Positions 38,377 to 48,479 of a stretch of DNA of 50,874 nucleotides are shown one piece after another. Every line of letters begins with the position of its first letter. The first letter of the stretch is position 1. Both the position numbers and the translations under genes were made by a program. The stretch is from Acutalibacteraceae bacterium (GTDB taxonomy: Bacteria > Bacillota > Clostridia > Oscillospirales > Acutalibacteraceae). The stretch is from assembly GCA_036311185.1 (NCBI GenBank), contig JAXJQK010000068.1, forward strand, positions 1 to 50,874. The letters run 5' to 3'. The notes below the pieces were generated by a model. That model was not told the origin of the DNA and ran no database searches. It worked only from the letters and a program-made list of their open reading frames with translations.

Positions 38377-39135
38377 ATGGCAAATAAATGTGCTGTAATT
38401 CTTGCTGGTGGAGAAGGCAAGAGAATGAAATCAGACAAGCCAAAAACATTATCCGAGGTTATGAACAAGCCTATGCTACAATGGGTTATTGATGCTCTTA
38501 GAAAAAGTGGAGTAGATAATATTTGTGTAGTTAAAGGATATAAAAAGGAATGTATTGAAGAATACATAGCTACACTAGACTATAATGTTAGCTCTGTTTA
38601 TCAGGCTGAAAGACTTGGTACAGGTCACGCTGTTATGATGGCTAAGGACTTTTTGAGTGACAACAGCGGAGATGTTATAATACTTAATGGCGATGCTCCG
38701 TTTATGGATAGCGAAACTATAGAGAAAGCATATAACCAGCATATCGCTTCAAACAGCAGTGCAACTGTTATATCAGCAAAGGTCGAAAACCCTACAGGAT
38801 ATGGAAGAATAGTAAGAGCAGAAGATAATTCTTTAAAGGCTATTGTAGAACAAAAGGATGCTGACGAAGAAACTCTTGCTATTAACGAAGTTAACTCTGG
38901 TGGTTTCTGGTTTAACACAAACGATTTACTAAGTGTACTTGATAATATTCAGGCTAATAATGCCGCAAAAGAATATTATCTTCCTGATGCACTAAAATTA
39001 CTTTTAGTTAATGGTAAAACAGTAGGTGCATTTACTGCTGAATCTGCTGATACAGTTTTAGGTGCTAACGACCCTGCTCAGTTGGCAGATTTGAATACTA
39101 TTGCACATAATAAGTATGGTAAGTATCCATATTGA
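38377..39135 (+). CDS. glmU: GlmU-like uridylyltransferase, N-terminal domain only
   Basis: ILAGGEGKRMKS..PK, LGTGHAV, GYGRIVR, EYYLPD; sits directly upstream of prs; no hexapeptide repeats. Confidence 0.85.
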   Translation: MANKCAVILAGGEGKRMKSDKPKTLSEVMNKPMLQWVIDALRKSGVDNICVVKGYKKECIEEYIATLDYNVSSVYQAERLGTGHAVMMAKDFLSDNSGDVIILNGDAPFMDSETIEKAYNQHIASNSSATVISAKVENPTGYGRIVRAEDNSLKAIVEQKDADEETLAINEVNSGGFWFNTNDLLSVLDNIQANNAAKEYYLPDALKLLLVNGKTVGAFTAESADTVLGANDPAQLADLNTIAHNKYGKYPY

Positions 39136-39203
39136 TTTATACACATATCATTAGGCAAATTTTTATTACACAATGTGTAGCTAAGATATAGGAGGATTTT
39201 TAA

Positions 39204-40163
39204 ATGAATTTTCACGGTAAGGACATTAAGATTTTTGCAGGCAGTTCAAATGTAACTGTTGCTAAGGGAATTGCTGACGGCTTAGGATTACCTCTTGGTA
39301 AATCTGAATGCAAAACATTTAGCGATGGCGAAATCGCAGTATCTCTTAACGAGTCAGTTCGTGGTTCTGAATGTTTTATTGTACAGTCAACCTGCGACCC
39401 TGTAAACGACAATCTTATGGAATTGTTAATTATGATTGACGCTATGAAGAGAGCATCAGCTGCAAGAATTACTGCTGTTATGCCATACTTCGGTTATGCA
39501 AGACAGGACAGAAAGGCTAAACCAAGAGATCCAATCTCAGCTAAGCTAGTAGCTGACATTATCACAACAGCAGGTGCAGACAGACTTCTTACAATGGATT
39601 TACACGCTAACCAGATTCAGGGCTTCTTCAATATTCCTGTTGACCATCTATTAGGTGCTCCACTACTTGCAGAGTATATGAAGAGTATGGTAGGCAACGA
39701 GCAGGAAGATTACATTGTAGTTTCTCCTGACCTTGGTTCAGTTACTCGTGCAAGAAACTTTGCTAATAAAATTGGCTGTGGTCTTGCTATTGTTGATAAG
39801 AGAAGACAGAAGGCTAATGTATCTGAGGTTATGAACATTATCGGTGATGTAAAGGATAAGAAGGTTATTCTTGTTGACGATATGATCGATACAGCTGGTA
39901 CACTATGTAATGCTGCTGCTGCTCTAATTGAAAAGGGTGGTGCTAAGAGCGTTACAGCTTGTGCTACACACGCAGTTCTTTCAGGTCCTGCTATTGAGAG
40001 AATCCAGAACAGTGTTATTTCAGAGGTTGTTCTTCTTGACACTGTACCTGTTGAGGGCGAAAAACTAATCGATAAGTTCACAGTTCTTCCTGTTGCTCCT
40101 ACATTTGCAAGAGCTATCGAAAGAATTTATGCTGACCAGCCATTTAATAATGTATTTGGTTAA
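39204..40163 (+). CDS. prs: Ribose-phosphate pyrophosphokinase
   Basis: PYFGYARQDRK, MDLHANQIQGFF, VDDMIDTAGT. Confidence 0.98.
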   Translation: MNFHGKDIKIFAGSSNVTVAKGIADGLGLPLGKSECKTFSDGEIAVSLNESVRGSECFIVQSTCDPVNDNLMELLIMIDAMKRASAARITAVMPYFGYARQDRKAKPRDPISAKLVADIITTAGADRLLTMDLHANQIQGFFNIPVDHLLGAPLLAEYMKSMVGNEQEDYIVVSPDLGSVTRARNFANKIGCGLAIVDKRRQKANVSEVMNIIGDVKDKKVILVDDMIDTAGTLCNAAAALIEKGGAKSVTACATHAVLSGPAIERIQNSVISEVVLLDTVPVEGEKLIDKFTVLPVAPTFARAIERIYADQPFNNVFG

Positions 40164-40193
40164 TTTGATTTTATAATAATTTCCAACAAAACA

Positions 40194-40231
40194 AAAATCC
40201 GAACTTGACTTTTATGTCAGGTTCGGATTTT
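40194..40231. terminator. Bidirectional terminator after prs
   Basis: aaaatccgaacttgac / gtcaggttcggatttt. Confidence 0.85.
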
Positions 40232-40246
40232 TATTTTATATTTTTA

Positions 40247-41833
40247 TTAAAACGGAAGATGTGAATTAATAGTAAAAATAATATTAAGCAAAAAGGCTCT
40301 TAAGTCTGTTTCTTTCATATTAACAACACGAATATTCATATCATACAATTCTTTATTCAAATATTTCTTCATATCCAAATGATGCTGATCTGAAATTCTC
40401 TTTTCTAGTGGCACCTTAAACAATAAATCTAGGAACTTTCTGTTATTGTAAATTATTGTGATATCGCTGTATATCTTCATTTCAGATATATTCAAGCCAC
40501 CCCAGCTACCCCAGGTAACCTCGTTAAAATGAATATCTGCCATAGGATACTGAGAAGGGATTTTATCATACTCAAATTTATCAATATATTCAGCAAACAC
40601 CTTGTCAATTTTATGAGCAAGTCCTCTGTTTAAGATAAAAATCTTATATAGATTTCTGTATAATTTAGGCGACATTTTAGGCATACTCTTTCTTCCGTAG
40701 TGCTTGTACCAATAGGCTCTTATGGTTTCTGAAACCCAAGATTTAACCTCAACATCAGCCTCTAGGCTTTCCATAAGGTAAACCCTTTTTCTGTATTCGT
40801 TCTTATGTCCTTTTGCTACATATCCATTATTATGTTCAATAATCTCTACAATTTCATCATAATTTTTTAATCCCTCAACTGTTTCAGGGATATTATATAC
40901 TGTATGATCAACATTAAATTTACCAGCAATTATTTTAGCTGCATCTACATCTATAGTTTCTTTTTCAGCTGATAAATAACTAAATGTTTTTACCTTATCA
41001 TACATACCATTCGCCGCAGCAAATGTAGTATTACTGTCAATGCCTCCGGTTAATGAAATATATGGTTTGTTCCATTTAAGAGGAATAAGTTCCATATTAT
41101 GTTTTAATATTTCTGCTGCTTCTTTAATTACAGCATTATACTCCTGTTCGTTTTTACATTCAGATAAATCTCTAATCGGATAAAATCTTTTATGTGATAT
41201 TTTACCTGATTTATATGTATAACCTATATTTGGTACAATTCTTTTAACCTCATCAAAAGGTGTCATATCAGCAGGTAAGTATGGTCCCATAACTCTGTAA
41301 TACCACTTATATTCTACAAGCTCCTTTACCAATTCACCCATTGTTAAATTACAAATATCACCAATTAACTGAGGGTGTGATGTAACATAAAAATTACCAC
41401 CAATCACACTATAGCAAGCTGACTGCATTCCTGCTGGGTCTACCAAAAATTCAACTTCCCCATCATTTTTTACTACACCAAATACAAACAGTCCTGTTAT
41501 CTCATCTACACAGCTCTGGTATTTATCTGTACCATAGCTTTTTGCTATTCTTTCAAGAACTGCTTTTTCATCGTACTGCATAGTAAAAGGATTATATGCA
41601 TGACCAAACAAAAAGAAAATATTACCATTATTTTCTACTGATGTAACCTTTTGCATACAATGAACATATGCAAAATATTTATTTCCAATTGCTTCTTTTT
41701 TCCAGTTTCCATAAAAGGGGAATTCGTTTAAATTAAGATCATCTCTATCAGTAAGTAAAAAACCTCTGACGAATAAATACTTCTGTAAATCCTTATGTGG
41801 CTTTAACACTTCAGCCAATTTAGCATTTGTCAT
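40247..41833 (-). CDS. Hypothetical protein with asparagine-synthetase-like PP-loop domain
   Basis: SLTGGIDS PP-loop; ATG 41833 follows GGAGG (ORF track gives 41848). Confidence 0.6.
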   Translation of the reverse strand: MTNAKLAEVLKPHKDLQKYLFVRGFLLTDRDDLNLNEFPFYGNWKKEAIGNKYFAYVHCMQKVTSVENNGNIFFLFGHAYNPFTMQYDEKAVLERIAKSYGTDKYQSCVDEITGLFVFGVVKNDGEVEFLVDPAGMQSACYSVIGGNFYVTSHPQLIGDICNLTMGELVKELVEYKWYYRVMGPYLPADMTPFDEVKRIVPNIGYTYKSGKISHKRFYPIRDLSECKNEQEYNAVIKEAAEILKHNMELIPLKWNKPYISLTGGIDSNTTFAAANGMYDKVKTFSYLSAEKETIDVDAAKIIAGKFNVDHTVYNIPETVEGLKNYDEIVEIIEHNNGYVAKGHKNEYRKRVYLMESLEADVEVKSWVSETIRAYWYKHYGRKSMPKMSPKLYRNLYKIFILNRGLAHKIDKVFAEYIDKFEYDKIPSQYPMADIHFNEVTWGSWGGLNISEMKIYSDITIIYNNRKFLDLLFKVPLEKRISDQHHLDMKKYLNKELYDMNIRVVNMKETDLRAFLLNIIFTINSHLPF

Positions 41834-42027
41834 ACATATAACCTCCAAATTTCAAATCAAAATACTAATATCCAGCTCTCGTAAAAAACAACTATATTTT
41901 TTATATTAATAGTGTTTTATTTGTAAAAACTTTCTAAATTCTAACCCGATTATTAGTACAAAGCTAACAAATTCATTATAATACTTTTATTGTTGTTTTT
42001 CAACTGTTTTTTTAACTCCATTCTATA

Positions 42028-42064
42028 CAAAGAGGCACTTTCTATTCTTGAAAGTGCCTCTTTG
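42028..42064 (-). terminator. Stem-loop at the end of the gatCAB-membrane protein operon
   Basis: caaagaggcactttc / gaaagtgcctctttg. Confidence 0.75.
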
Positions 42065-42101
42065 TGGTTAATATTATGTTTGATATTGTAAAATAACTTT
42101 A

Positions 42102-42974
42102 TTACAAAAGATGAGTATTATTATTATAATCTGTACTTTGTGTACCACTGCTATAAGCGTTTGCGTCAAAGCCTGTGTTCTGTGTACCACTGCTATAAGC
42201 GTTTGCGTCAAAGCCTGTGTTTTGTGTACCACCACTATAAGCGTTTGCGTCAAAGCCTGTGTTTTGTGTACCACCACTATAAGTGTTTGCGTCAAAGCCT
42301 GTATTCTGTGTGCCACTGCTATAAGCGTTTGCATCAAAGCCTGTGTTCTGTGTACCATTGCTATAAGCATTTACATCAAATGAGTTATTCTGTGAATTAT
42401 AGTTATTGTTATTATAGTTATTGTTATTATAATTGTTGTAATTGTTATAGTTATTGTTATTGTAATTATTATTGCTGTAATTGTTATAATTATTGTTATT
42501 ATAACCATCACTTACACCATTTGTTTTTATGATTCTAAACTTACCTATAATTGGCAATTCATTAGCTCTACCCTTAATGCAATTATAAATTCCAACACCC
42601 ATCCAAACTAATTCAGCAACAGCTATAGCGGTTGAAATCACAACAACAAGAATCTCACCTAGAACAGGGATAACAGATAGAATGCTAGATAATATTTCAT
42701 TTGCAACGCTAAGAGCTGCAGAAACCAAACAAAGAACCAAGCCCTGATTGGAATGAAAACGAGCAAATTTAGACCTACTTGCTGCTACAAGAGGAATCCA
42801 GAATAAAAAACCTACATAAGATATTAACGAAATCATATTATTTGCATTTATATCCTGTATATCAATATATTCTTTTTCTACCGGAGTATTAAGTAAAAAG
42901 TTCTTTATTTTATTTATAAAGCCGTTATCACCATTATCATAACGATTGTAATTATTATACTGATTATTATTCAT
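42102..42974 (-). CDS. DUF4870-like membrane protein with Asn-rich and tandem-repeat tail
   Basis: ISYVGFLFWIPL..SKFARFHSNQGL..LPIIG motif; ATG 42974 after GAAAGGAAG. Confidence 0.75.
   Translation of the reverse strand: MNNNQYNNYNRYDNGDNGFINKIKNFLLNTPVEKEYIDIQDINANNMISLISYVGFLFWIPLVAASRSKFARFHSNQGLVLCLVSAALSVANEILSSILSVIPVLGEILVVVISTAIAVAELVWMGVGIYNCIKGRANELPIIGKFRIIKTNGVSDGYNNNNYNNYSNNNYNNNNYNNYNNYNNNNYNNNNYNSQNNSFDVNAYSNGTQNTGFDANAYSSGTQNTGFDANTYSGGTQNTGFDANAYSGGTQNTGFDANAYSSGTQNTGFDANAYSSGTQSTDYNNNTHLL
42139..42380. repeat. 42-bp coding tandem repeat (~5.7 copies)
   Basis: Unit tgtaccactgctataagcgtttgcgtcaaagcctgtgttctg = NAYSSGTQNTGFDA. Confidence 0.95.
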
Positions 42975-42999
42975 TATTATTCTTCCTTTCACCTATATA

Positions 43000-44412
43000 T
43001 TATTTAATAAGTTCTTTGATTATATTTTCTGCAACCATAGCATCTGCTTTGCCACGGCTGTTTTTCATTACATAACCCACAATAGCCTTAATAGCCTTTT
43101 CTTTACCGTTTTTATAGTCAGCTACAGCATTAGGGTTATTGTTAATAGCTTCTTCACATAGTTTCTTGGTAGCGGTTTCGTCCAAGCCACCCATATCACT
43201 TTCTGAAATAAGCTCGCCTACCCTCTTGCCTGTTTCAAGCATTTTATCTAGGGTTGATTTAGCAAGATTCATTTTTATCTTTTTACTGTCAAGTAGCTTG
43301 ACAAGCTCATTAAGATTTTCAGCAGATACAGGTATATTAAATTCCTCTTTTGCTGATTCATTCTCTATGGTACGGAAAATTTGACCAATAATAAAGTTTG
43401 CTGTTGTTTTTGGCGTTGCTGTACCTTGAATAGCTTTTTCAAAATACTCAGCTACCCTTCTGTACTTAACAAGCAACAGTGCATCAGCTTTTGGAATACC
43501 CAAGCTATCAATATATCTTTCCAGCTTTTCATCAGGTAATTCAGGAATGGTATTTTTCAGCTCTTCAACCTCTTCATCGGTTACATTGATTGTAACAAGG
43601 TCAGGCTCTCTGAAATAGCGATAGTCATTAGCGTCCTCTTTGCCACGCATACTTGAGGTTGTGTTTGTTACATCGTCATATCTTAATGTTTCCTGCTGAA
43701 CCTCTCCCCCTGCTTCAATTAAAGCAATCTGTCTGTTAAACTCATAGTCCATAGCCTTAGCCATAAATGTAATTGAGTTCATATTTTTGATTTCTGTTCT
43801 TGTGCCAAATTCCAGTTGCTCCTGTGGTTTAACTGAAATATTAACATCACATCTCATTGAGCCTTCCTGCATTTTGCAATCTGAAACACCAATGTATCTC
43901 ATAATCTGCTGTAGCTTTTCAACATATTCTTTAGCTTCATCAGCTGAACGAATATCAGGCTCGGTAACAATTTCAATCAGAGGAACACCGCCACGGTTAT
44001 AGTCAACATAGGTATCACCATCTTTGTGAACAAGCTTACCTGCATCCTCCTCTATATGAATACGATTAATTCTGATTTTTTTACCACTGCTTAATTCAAC
44101 GTAACCATTTTTACACAAAGGCTGATCGTACTGAGAAATCTGATAAGCCTTTGAAAGATCTGGATAACAATAATTTTTTCTATCCATTTTAGAAATTCTT
44201 GAAATTTCACAATTTGTAGCCAAGCCTGCTCTTATAGCATAGCGAACTACTTCTTTATTTAACTTAGGTAATGTACCTGGCAAACCTATACAAATAGGAC
44301 AACAATGAGTATTTGGAGCACCACCGAACTCTGTGGTACAGCCACAGAAAATTTTGGTATTAGTGCTTAACTCAACGTGAGTTTCAAGTCCTGCTACAAG
44401 CTCGTATTTCAT
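43000..44412 (-). CDS. gatB: Asp/Glu-tRNA amidotransferase subunit B
   Basis: GLETHVEL, HIEEDAGK, NRGGVPLIEIV, DYRYFREPDL. Confidence 0.97.
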   Translation of the reverse strand: MKYELVAGLETHVELSTNTKIFCGCTTEFGGAPNTHCCPICIGLPGTLPKLNKEVVRYAIRAGLATNCEISRISKMDRKNYCYPDLSKAYQISQYDQPLCKNGYVELSSGKKIRINRIHIEEDAGKLVHKDGDTYVDYNRGGVPLIEIVTEPDIRSADEAKEYVEKLQQIMRYIGVSDCKMQEGSMRCDVNISVKPQEQLEFGTRTEIKNMNSITFMAKAMDYEFNRQIALIEAGGEVQQETLRYDDVTNTTSSMRGKEDANDYRYFREPDLVTINVTDEEVEELKNTIPELPDEKLERYIDSLGIPKADALLLVKYRRVAEYFEKAIQGTATPKTTANFIIGQIFRTIENESAKEEFNIPVSAENLNELVKLLDSKKIKMNLAKSTLDKMLETGKRVGELISESDMGGLDETATKKLCEEAINNNPNAVADYKNGKEKAIKAIVGYVMKNSRGKADAMVAENIIKELIK

Positions 44413-45881
44413 AGCTTAACCCCCATTTCTGCACTTTTGAACATATCTGTATGTGTTGCATTTTCGTATTGCCAAGCAGCATTAAGAATTGTTGCTTCTG
44501 AAAATTTATTGCCAATTAACTGCATACCTATAGGCATACCCTTATCATTAAATCCACAAGGTACAGTTACAGCAGGCAAACCCACTATATTAACAGGCAC
44601 TGTACAGATATCTGTCTGATAGGTTTCTATTTGGTCGTTTAAAGCCTTACCAAGTCCGAATGCTGTTATTGGTACTGTTGGAGCAAGAATTACATCAACA
44701 TTTTTAAATGCATTTTCAAATTCCTTTACAATAGTACCACGTAAATTCTGAGCCTTTTTATAATAAGCGTCAAAATATCCTGCACTAAGCACATAGGTAC
44801 CAAGCATAATTCTTCTTTTTACCTCACTGCCAAAACCCTCACTTCTGGTTTTGCAAACCATATCGTTTACATCGCTATAAGTAGGAGTTTTATAGCCAAA
44901 TCTTATACCATCATATCTTCCAAGATTTGATGAAGCCTCTGCACAGGCAAGTATATAATATACAGGTAATGAATATTTCAGTGTAGGCAAATCGAAATAT
45001 ACAATCTCTGCACCTAGGCTTTCGTAAACCTTGCAAGCATTTAAAACAGCCTCTTTAACATCATCACGAACACCCTCGAGATATTCCTTAGCTATACCAA
45101 TCTTCATTCCCTTTATGTCGTTTCTCAAGGTATCACAGGCTTTTACACCCTTACTTCCCTGTGATGTTGAATCCATAGGGTCTATTTTTGAAATAGCATC
45201 ATAAACAATAGCTGTATCTTCAACTGTTGTTGTAATTGATCCTATCTGGTCAAAGCTTGATGCATAAGCGATAAGTCCATATCTTGATACACTACCATAA
45301 GTAGGCTTTAGTCCTACTATACCACAAAAGCTTGCAGGCTGACGAATAGAGCCACCTGTATCTGAACCTAAGCCATATACAGCAATATTACCACCTACAG
45401 CAGAAGCAACACCACCCGATGAACCTCCTGCTACATAATCAAGATTATGTGGGTTTTTAGCACCACCGAATATAGATGTTTCGCAAGATGAACCCATTGC
45501 AAATTCATCCATATTTGTTTTACCAAGCAGTATAGCATTTTCCTTTTGCAAAATATCCCATACTTTTGCGTCATAAATTGGCTTGTAGCCCTGCAATATT
45601 TTTGAACAACAGGTTGTTTCTATACCCTTTGTTGAAATATTATCCTTTAATGTCATAGGTACGCCTGCAAGCATAGAAATTTCTTCTCCCTTTGCAAGCC
45701 TTTCGTCTACTACCTTAGCACTTTTTAATGCTGTTTCCTCTGTAACATTCACATAAGCGTTAAGGTCACCATTGGTATTGTTAATAGCATTTAAATATTG
45801 CTGAGTAAGCTCTGTACAGGTTACTTGTTTAGTTGTAAGCATTTCGTTAATTGCTTTTATCCTGCTTTTAACCTCTGCCAT
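44409..45881 (-). CDS. gatA: Asp/Glu-tRNA amidotransferase subunit A
   Basis: GKTNMDEFAMGSS, GGSSGG, GSDTGGSIRQPA. Confidence 0.97.
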   Translation of the reverse strand: MAEVKSRIKAINEMLTTKQVTCTELTQQYLNAINNTNGDLNAYVNVTEETALKSAKVVDERLAKGEEISMLAGVPMTLKDNISTKGIETTCCSKILQGYKPIYDAKVWDILQKENAILLGKTNMDEFAMGSSCETSIFGGAKNPHNLDYVAGGSSGGVASAVGGNIAVYGLGSDTGGSIRQPASFCGIVGLKPTYGSVSRYGLIAYASSFDQIGSITTTVEDTAIVYDAISKIDPMDSTSQGSKGVKACDTLRNDIKGMKIGIAKEYLEGVRDDVKEAVLNACKVYESLGAEIVYFDLPTLKYSLPVYYILACAEASSNLGRYDGIRFGYKTPTYSDVNDMVCKTRSEGFGSEVKRRIMLGTYVLSAGYFDAYYKKAQNLRGTIVKEFENAFKNVDVILAPTVPITAFGLGKALNDQIETYQTDICTVPVNIVGLPAVTVPCGFNDKGMPIGMQLIGNKFSEATILNAAWQYENATHTDMFKSAEMGVKL

Positions 45882-45921
45882 TGGTATCAGTCCCTTCTTA
45901 TTTTATAAGTCTATTACCATT

Positions 45922-46203
45922 TTAAAGACTTCTCTTTTTTACCAAGAAACAATCGTCTGCCTTACTGTTAGCATTAGCAAGAATTTCTTCTGTAGGGTAA
46001 GATTCTACCACTACATCTTCTCTAAAAACATTTGACAAATTGTTTATATTATCAAATTCTTCACCATTAGTTGGTGCATTGTTAATCTCATCTGCAAAGT
46101 CAATAATACTCTGCATTTCCTGAGTTAATGTATCAAGCTCTTCCTCTTTTACAAAAAGCTTAGCCAAATTAGCTATCTGCATTATTTCTTCGTGAGAAAC
46201 CAT
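45922..46203 (-). CDS. gatC: Asp/Glu-tRNA amidotransferase subunit C
   Basis: IANLAKL, NVFREDVV; position upstream of gatA. Confidence 0.93.
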   Translation of the reverse strand: MVSHEEIMQIANLAKLFVKEEELDTLTQEMQSIIDFADEINNAPTNGEEFDNINNLSNVFREDVVVESYPTEEILANANSKADDCFLVKKRSL

Positions 46204-46390
46204 TTATGCTACCTCCCTGATTATCTTAGTAATTTTCTTCAAATAGCATACTTAATATATCTATAAATTATATCATTGACCACCTATATTTTCAATATTC
46301 AGCTTCTCTTTTTTGCTGATTTTCCCCTTTAAAAATAAATTTATTTATTGTATAATATTTAATACTAACTATTTTTTACAGGTGATTATT

Positions 46391-47047
46391 ATGAATTGTT
46401 CAATTGAAAAAACTATTACTAATCTAAAAAACAACAATATGGAGGCTTATTTTTGCGAAACTAAAGAAGAGGCTCTTGAAAAGGTTAAGTCTATGATTAA
46501 AAAAGGTGACGTTATAAGCAATGGTGGTTCTGTTACATTAGCCGAAACAGGGGTAATGGAGCTTATAAAGTCAGGAGATTACAATTATCTTGACAGAGCA
46601 AGAGAAGGTATTACAAGAGAAGAGGTTGAAGAGGTTTATCGCAAAGCCTTCAGTGCAGATGTTTATCTTGCAAGTGCTAATGCTATTACAGAGAGTGGAT
46701 ATATATATAATGTAGACGGCAACTCAAACCGTATATCTGCTATTTTGTACGGTCCTAAAAGTGTTATTCTTGTAGTAGGTAAAAATAAAATCGTTAAAAC
46801 TATTGATGATGCAATTACAAGAGTAAGAGAAATTGCCGCACCAAAGAATACAGTAAGACTTGGAATAAACTCATATTGTGCTGCAAATGGCAAGTGTATG
46901 GCTTTAAACTTACCTACCGAAAATAATGAAATGTGCGACGGCTGTATGAGTAACGAAAGAATTTGCTGTAACTATGTTCTTTCTGGTAAGCAAAGACATA
47001 AAAACAGAATTAAGGTTATTATTGTAAACGAGGAGCTTGGATATTAA
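46391..47047 (+). CDS. LUD-domain (lactate utilisation-like) protein
   Basis: SANAITESG.IYNVDGNSNR..GP..VILVVGKNKIV; Cys cluster; ATG 46391 after AGGTGA. Confidence 0.85.
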   Translation: MNCSIEKTITNLKNNNMEAYFCETKEEALEKVKSMIKKGDVISNGGSVTLAETGVMELIKSGDYNYLDRAREGITREEVEEVYRKAFSADVYLASANAITESGYIYNVDGNSNRISAILYGPKSVILVVGKNKIVKTIDDAITRVREIAAPKNTVRLGINSYCAANGKCMALNLPTENNEMCDGCMSNERICCNYVLSGKQRHKNRIKVIIVNEELGY

Positions 47048-47053
47048 TTTAAA

Positions 47054-48445
47054 ATGAAAAAATCGTTTTTTGAAAAAAGAAAAATTTCTGTTAAAGGCGA
47101 TACTCTAAAGGTTAAAATAAAAAAAGAACACCTTGGCGGACCTATTATGTTTATGGTTACAGGTGTAGCTGCACTTACTGCTGGCATATTAATGATTGTA
47201 TTCAGTAAAATAAGCTTTAATATTGCGTTTAAGCTGTTTGCACTTTATAGTCTGGTTATAGGAGTATTAGGTGCAGTATCCTTTATAGCAAACCCTCATA
47301 AAAGAACTTTAAGCACAGGAATTTCAAGCCTTGGATTAGTTGGGCTTGCTTTTTGCTTTTGGTTTTTTACAAAAAATATGCTTACTATATTTATTTTATT
47401 AATAGGGTTGTATGCTGTCATAAATTTTATCTGGAGAGCTATTTTAGTTGTACAGCTGATACTTGATAAGGATATAGGATATATAAGAAGATTTATTGAA
47501 GCTATAATTTCAGTTGGTGTTGCAATATTTCTGTTCGTATTCCCTTTTAGGAGTCAACAGCCTGTATGTATATTTTTTGGTGTATATACAATTCTTACAA
47601 GTATAACATATTTTAGTGATGCTATACGTGAAATGTTTTTATGGGATACCGACGGAAAACACATAAAACGTAAAATTAAACTAAAAATACCTGCTATACT
47701 TACATTTTTTATTCCTCTTACTTGGTTTAACAGTATAAATAAAAAGCTTAATGATTACGAAGATGAGATACAAAAGATATCATATATTCGTATGAGAGAC
47801 CGAAAAAGGCTTGACAGCTCTCATCTTGAAGTATTTATACATACTTCTCCAAAAACAGGCGGTGGCTTTGGCCACGTTGATATATGTGTAGATAACACTG
47901 TATATACATATGGTGCTTACGACAAAAATACAAACAGACTTTTTGGTCTTTTATCTGATGGTGTTTTTGCAGTTATGGGCAGAGAGAAATATATAAAATA
48001 TTGTCTTACACAAAAGAATGAAAATATAGTATCCTTCAATATTTATCTTACTGATGAACAGCTTATAGATATACACAAATATATTGACGAATATATGACT
48101 CGCTTGTATAGGTGGCAGTGTGATAAAGAGAGAAATCCAAACGGAAATTTTAATGACAAGGCCAGCAACTTCTACACACAGGCAGATGCAAAGCTGTACA
48201 AATATAAAAAAGGGAAATACAGAACATATTTTTTAATAAGTACAAACTGTGTAAGCGTTGCCGATGAGCTTATAGGCTCGTCTGGAATAAATGTTATTTC
48301 TTTAAATGGTATTATCACTCCAGGTACATACCTTACATATTTAAACCGTGAGTTTAAGCGTAACAATAGCTTTGTAACAAAGAAAACTATATTTTCAAAT
48401 CCTGAAATGCGTAAAGGTCAAATTAATAAATCTTATCAGGACTAA
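47054..48445 (+). CDS. DUF308/HdeD-like membrane protein with C-terminal soluble domain
   Basis: ~6 TM segments, then FGHVDIC and STNCVS. Confidence 0.65.
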   Translation: MKKSFFEKRKISVKGDTLKVKIKKEHLGGPIMFMVTGVAALTAGILMIVFSKISFNIAFKLFALYSLVIGVLGAVSFIANPHKRTLSTGISSLGLVGLAFCFWFFTKNMLTIFILLIGLYAVINFIWRAILVVQLILDKDIGYIRRFIEAIISVGVAIFLFVFPFRSQQPVCIFFGVYTILTSITYFSDAIREMFLWDTDGKHIKRKIKLKIPAILTFFIPLTWFNSINKKLNDYEDEIQKISYIRMRDRKRLDSSHLEVFIHTSPKTGGGFGHVDICVDNTVYTYGAYDKNTNRLFGLLSDGVFAVMGREKYIKYCLTQKNENIVSFNIYLTDEQLIDIHKYIDEYMTRLYRWQCDKERNPNGNFNDKASNFYTQADAKLYKYKKGKYRTYFLISTNCVSVADELIGSSGINVISLNGIITPGTYLTYLNREFKRNNSFVTKKTIFSNPEMRKGQINKSYQD

Positions 48446-48479
48446 ATTTAATATAAGTATAATTGATTATGGTGATAAA

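Noticed and set aside
36002..40081. Antisense ORFs over ppdK, glmU and prs
   Set aside because: Expected from the codon bias of highly expressed genes
42139..42380. 42-bp repeats as a CRISPR array
   Set aside because: Units are contiguous with no unique spacers, are in frame within a CDS, and there are no cas genes
42074..42532. Alternative-frame repeat ORFs (42074-42370, 42111-42383, 42140-42532)
   Set aside because: By-products of a stop-free repeat whose length is a multiple of 3
46313..46390. N-terminal extension of the LUD ORF from the ORF track
   Set aside because: ATG 46391 has the SD-like AGGTGA; the extension looks like promoter DNA
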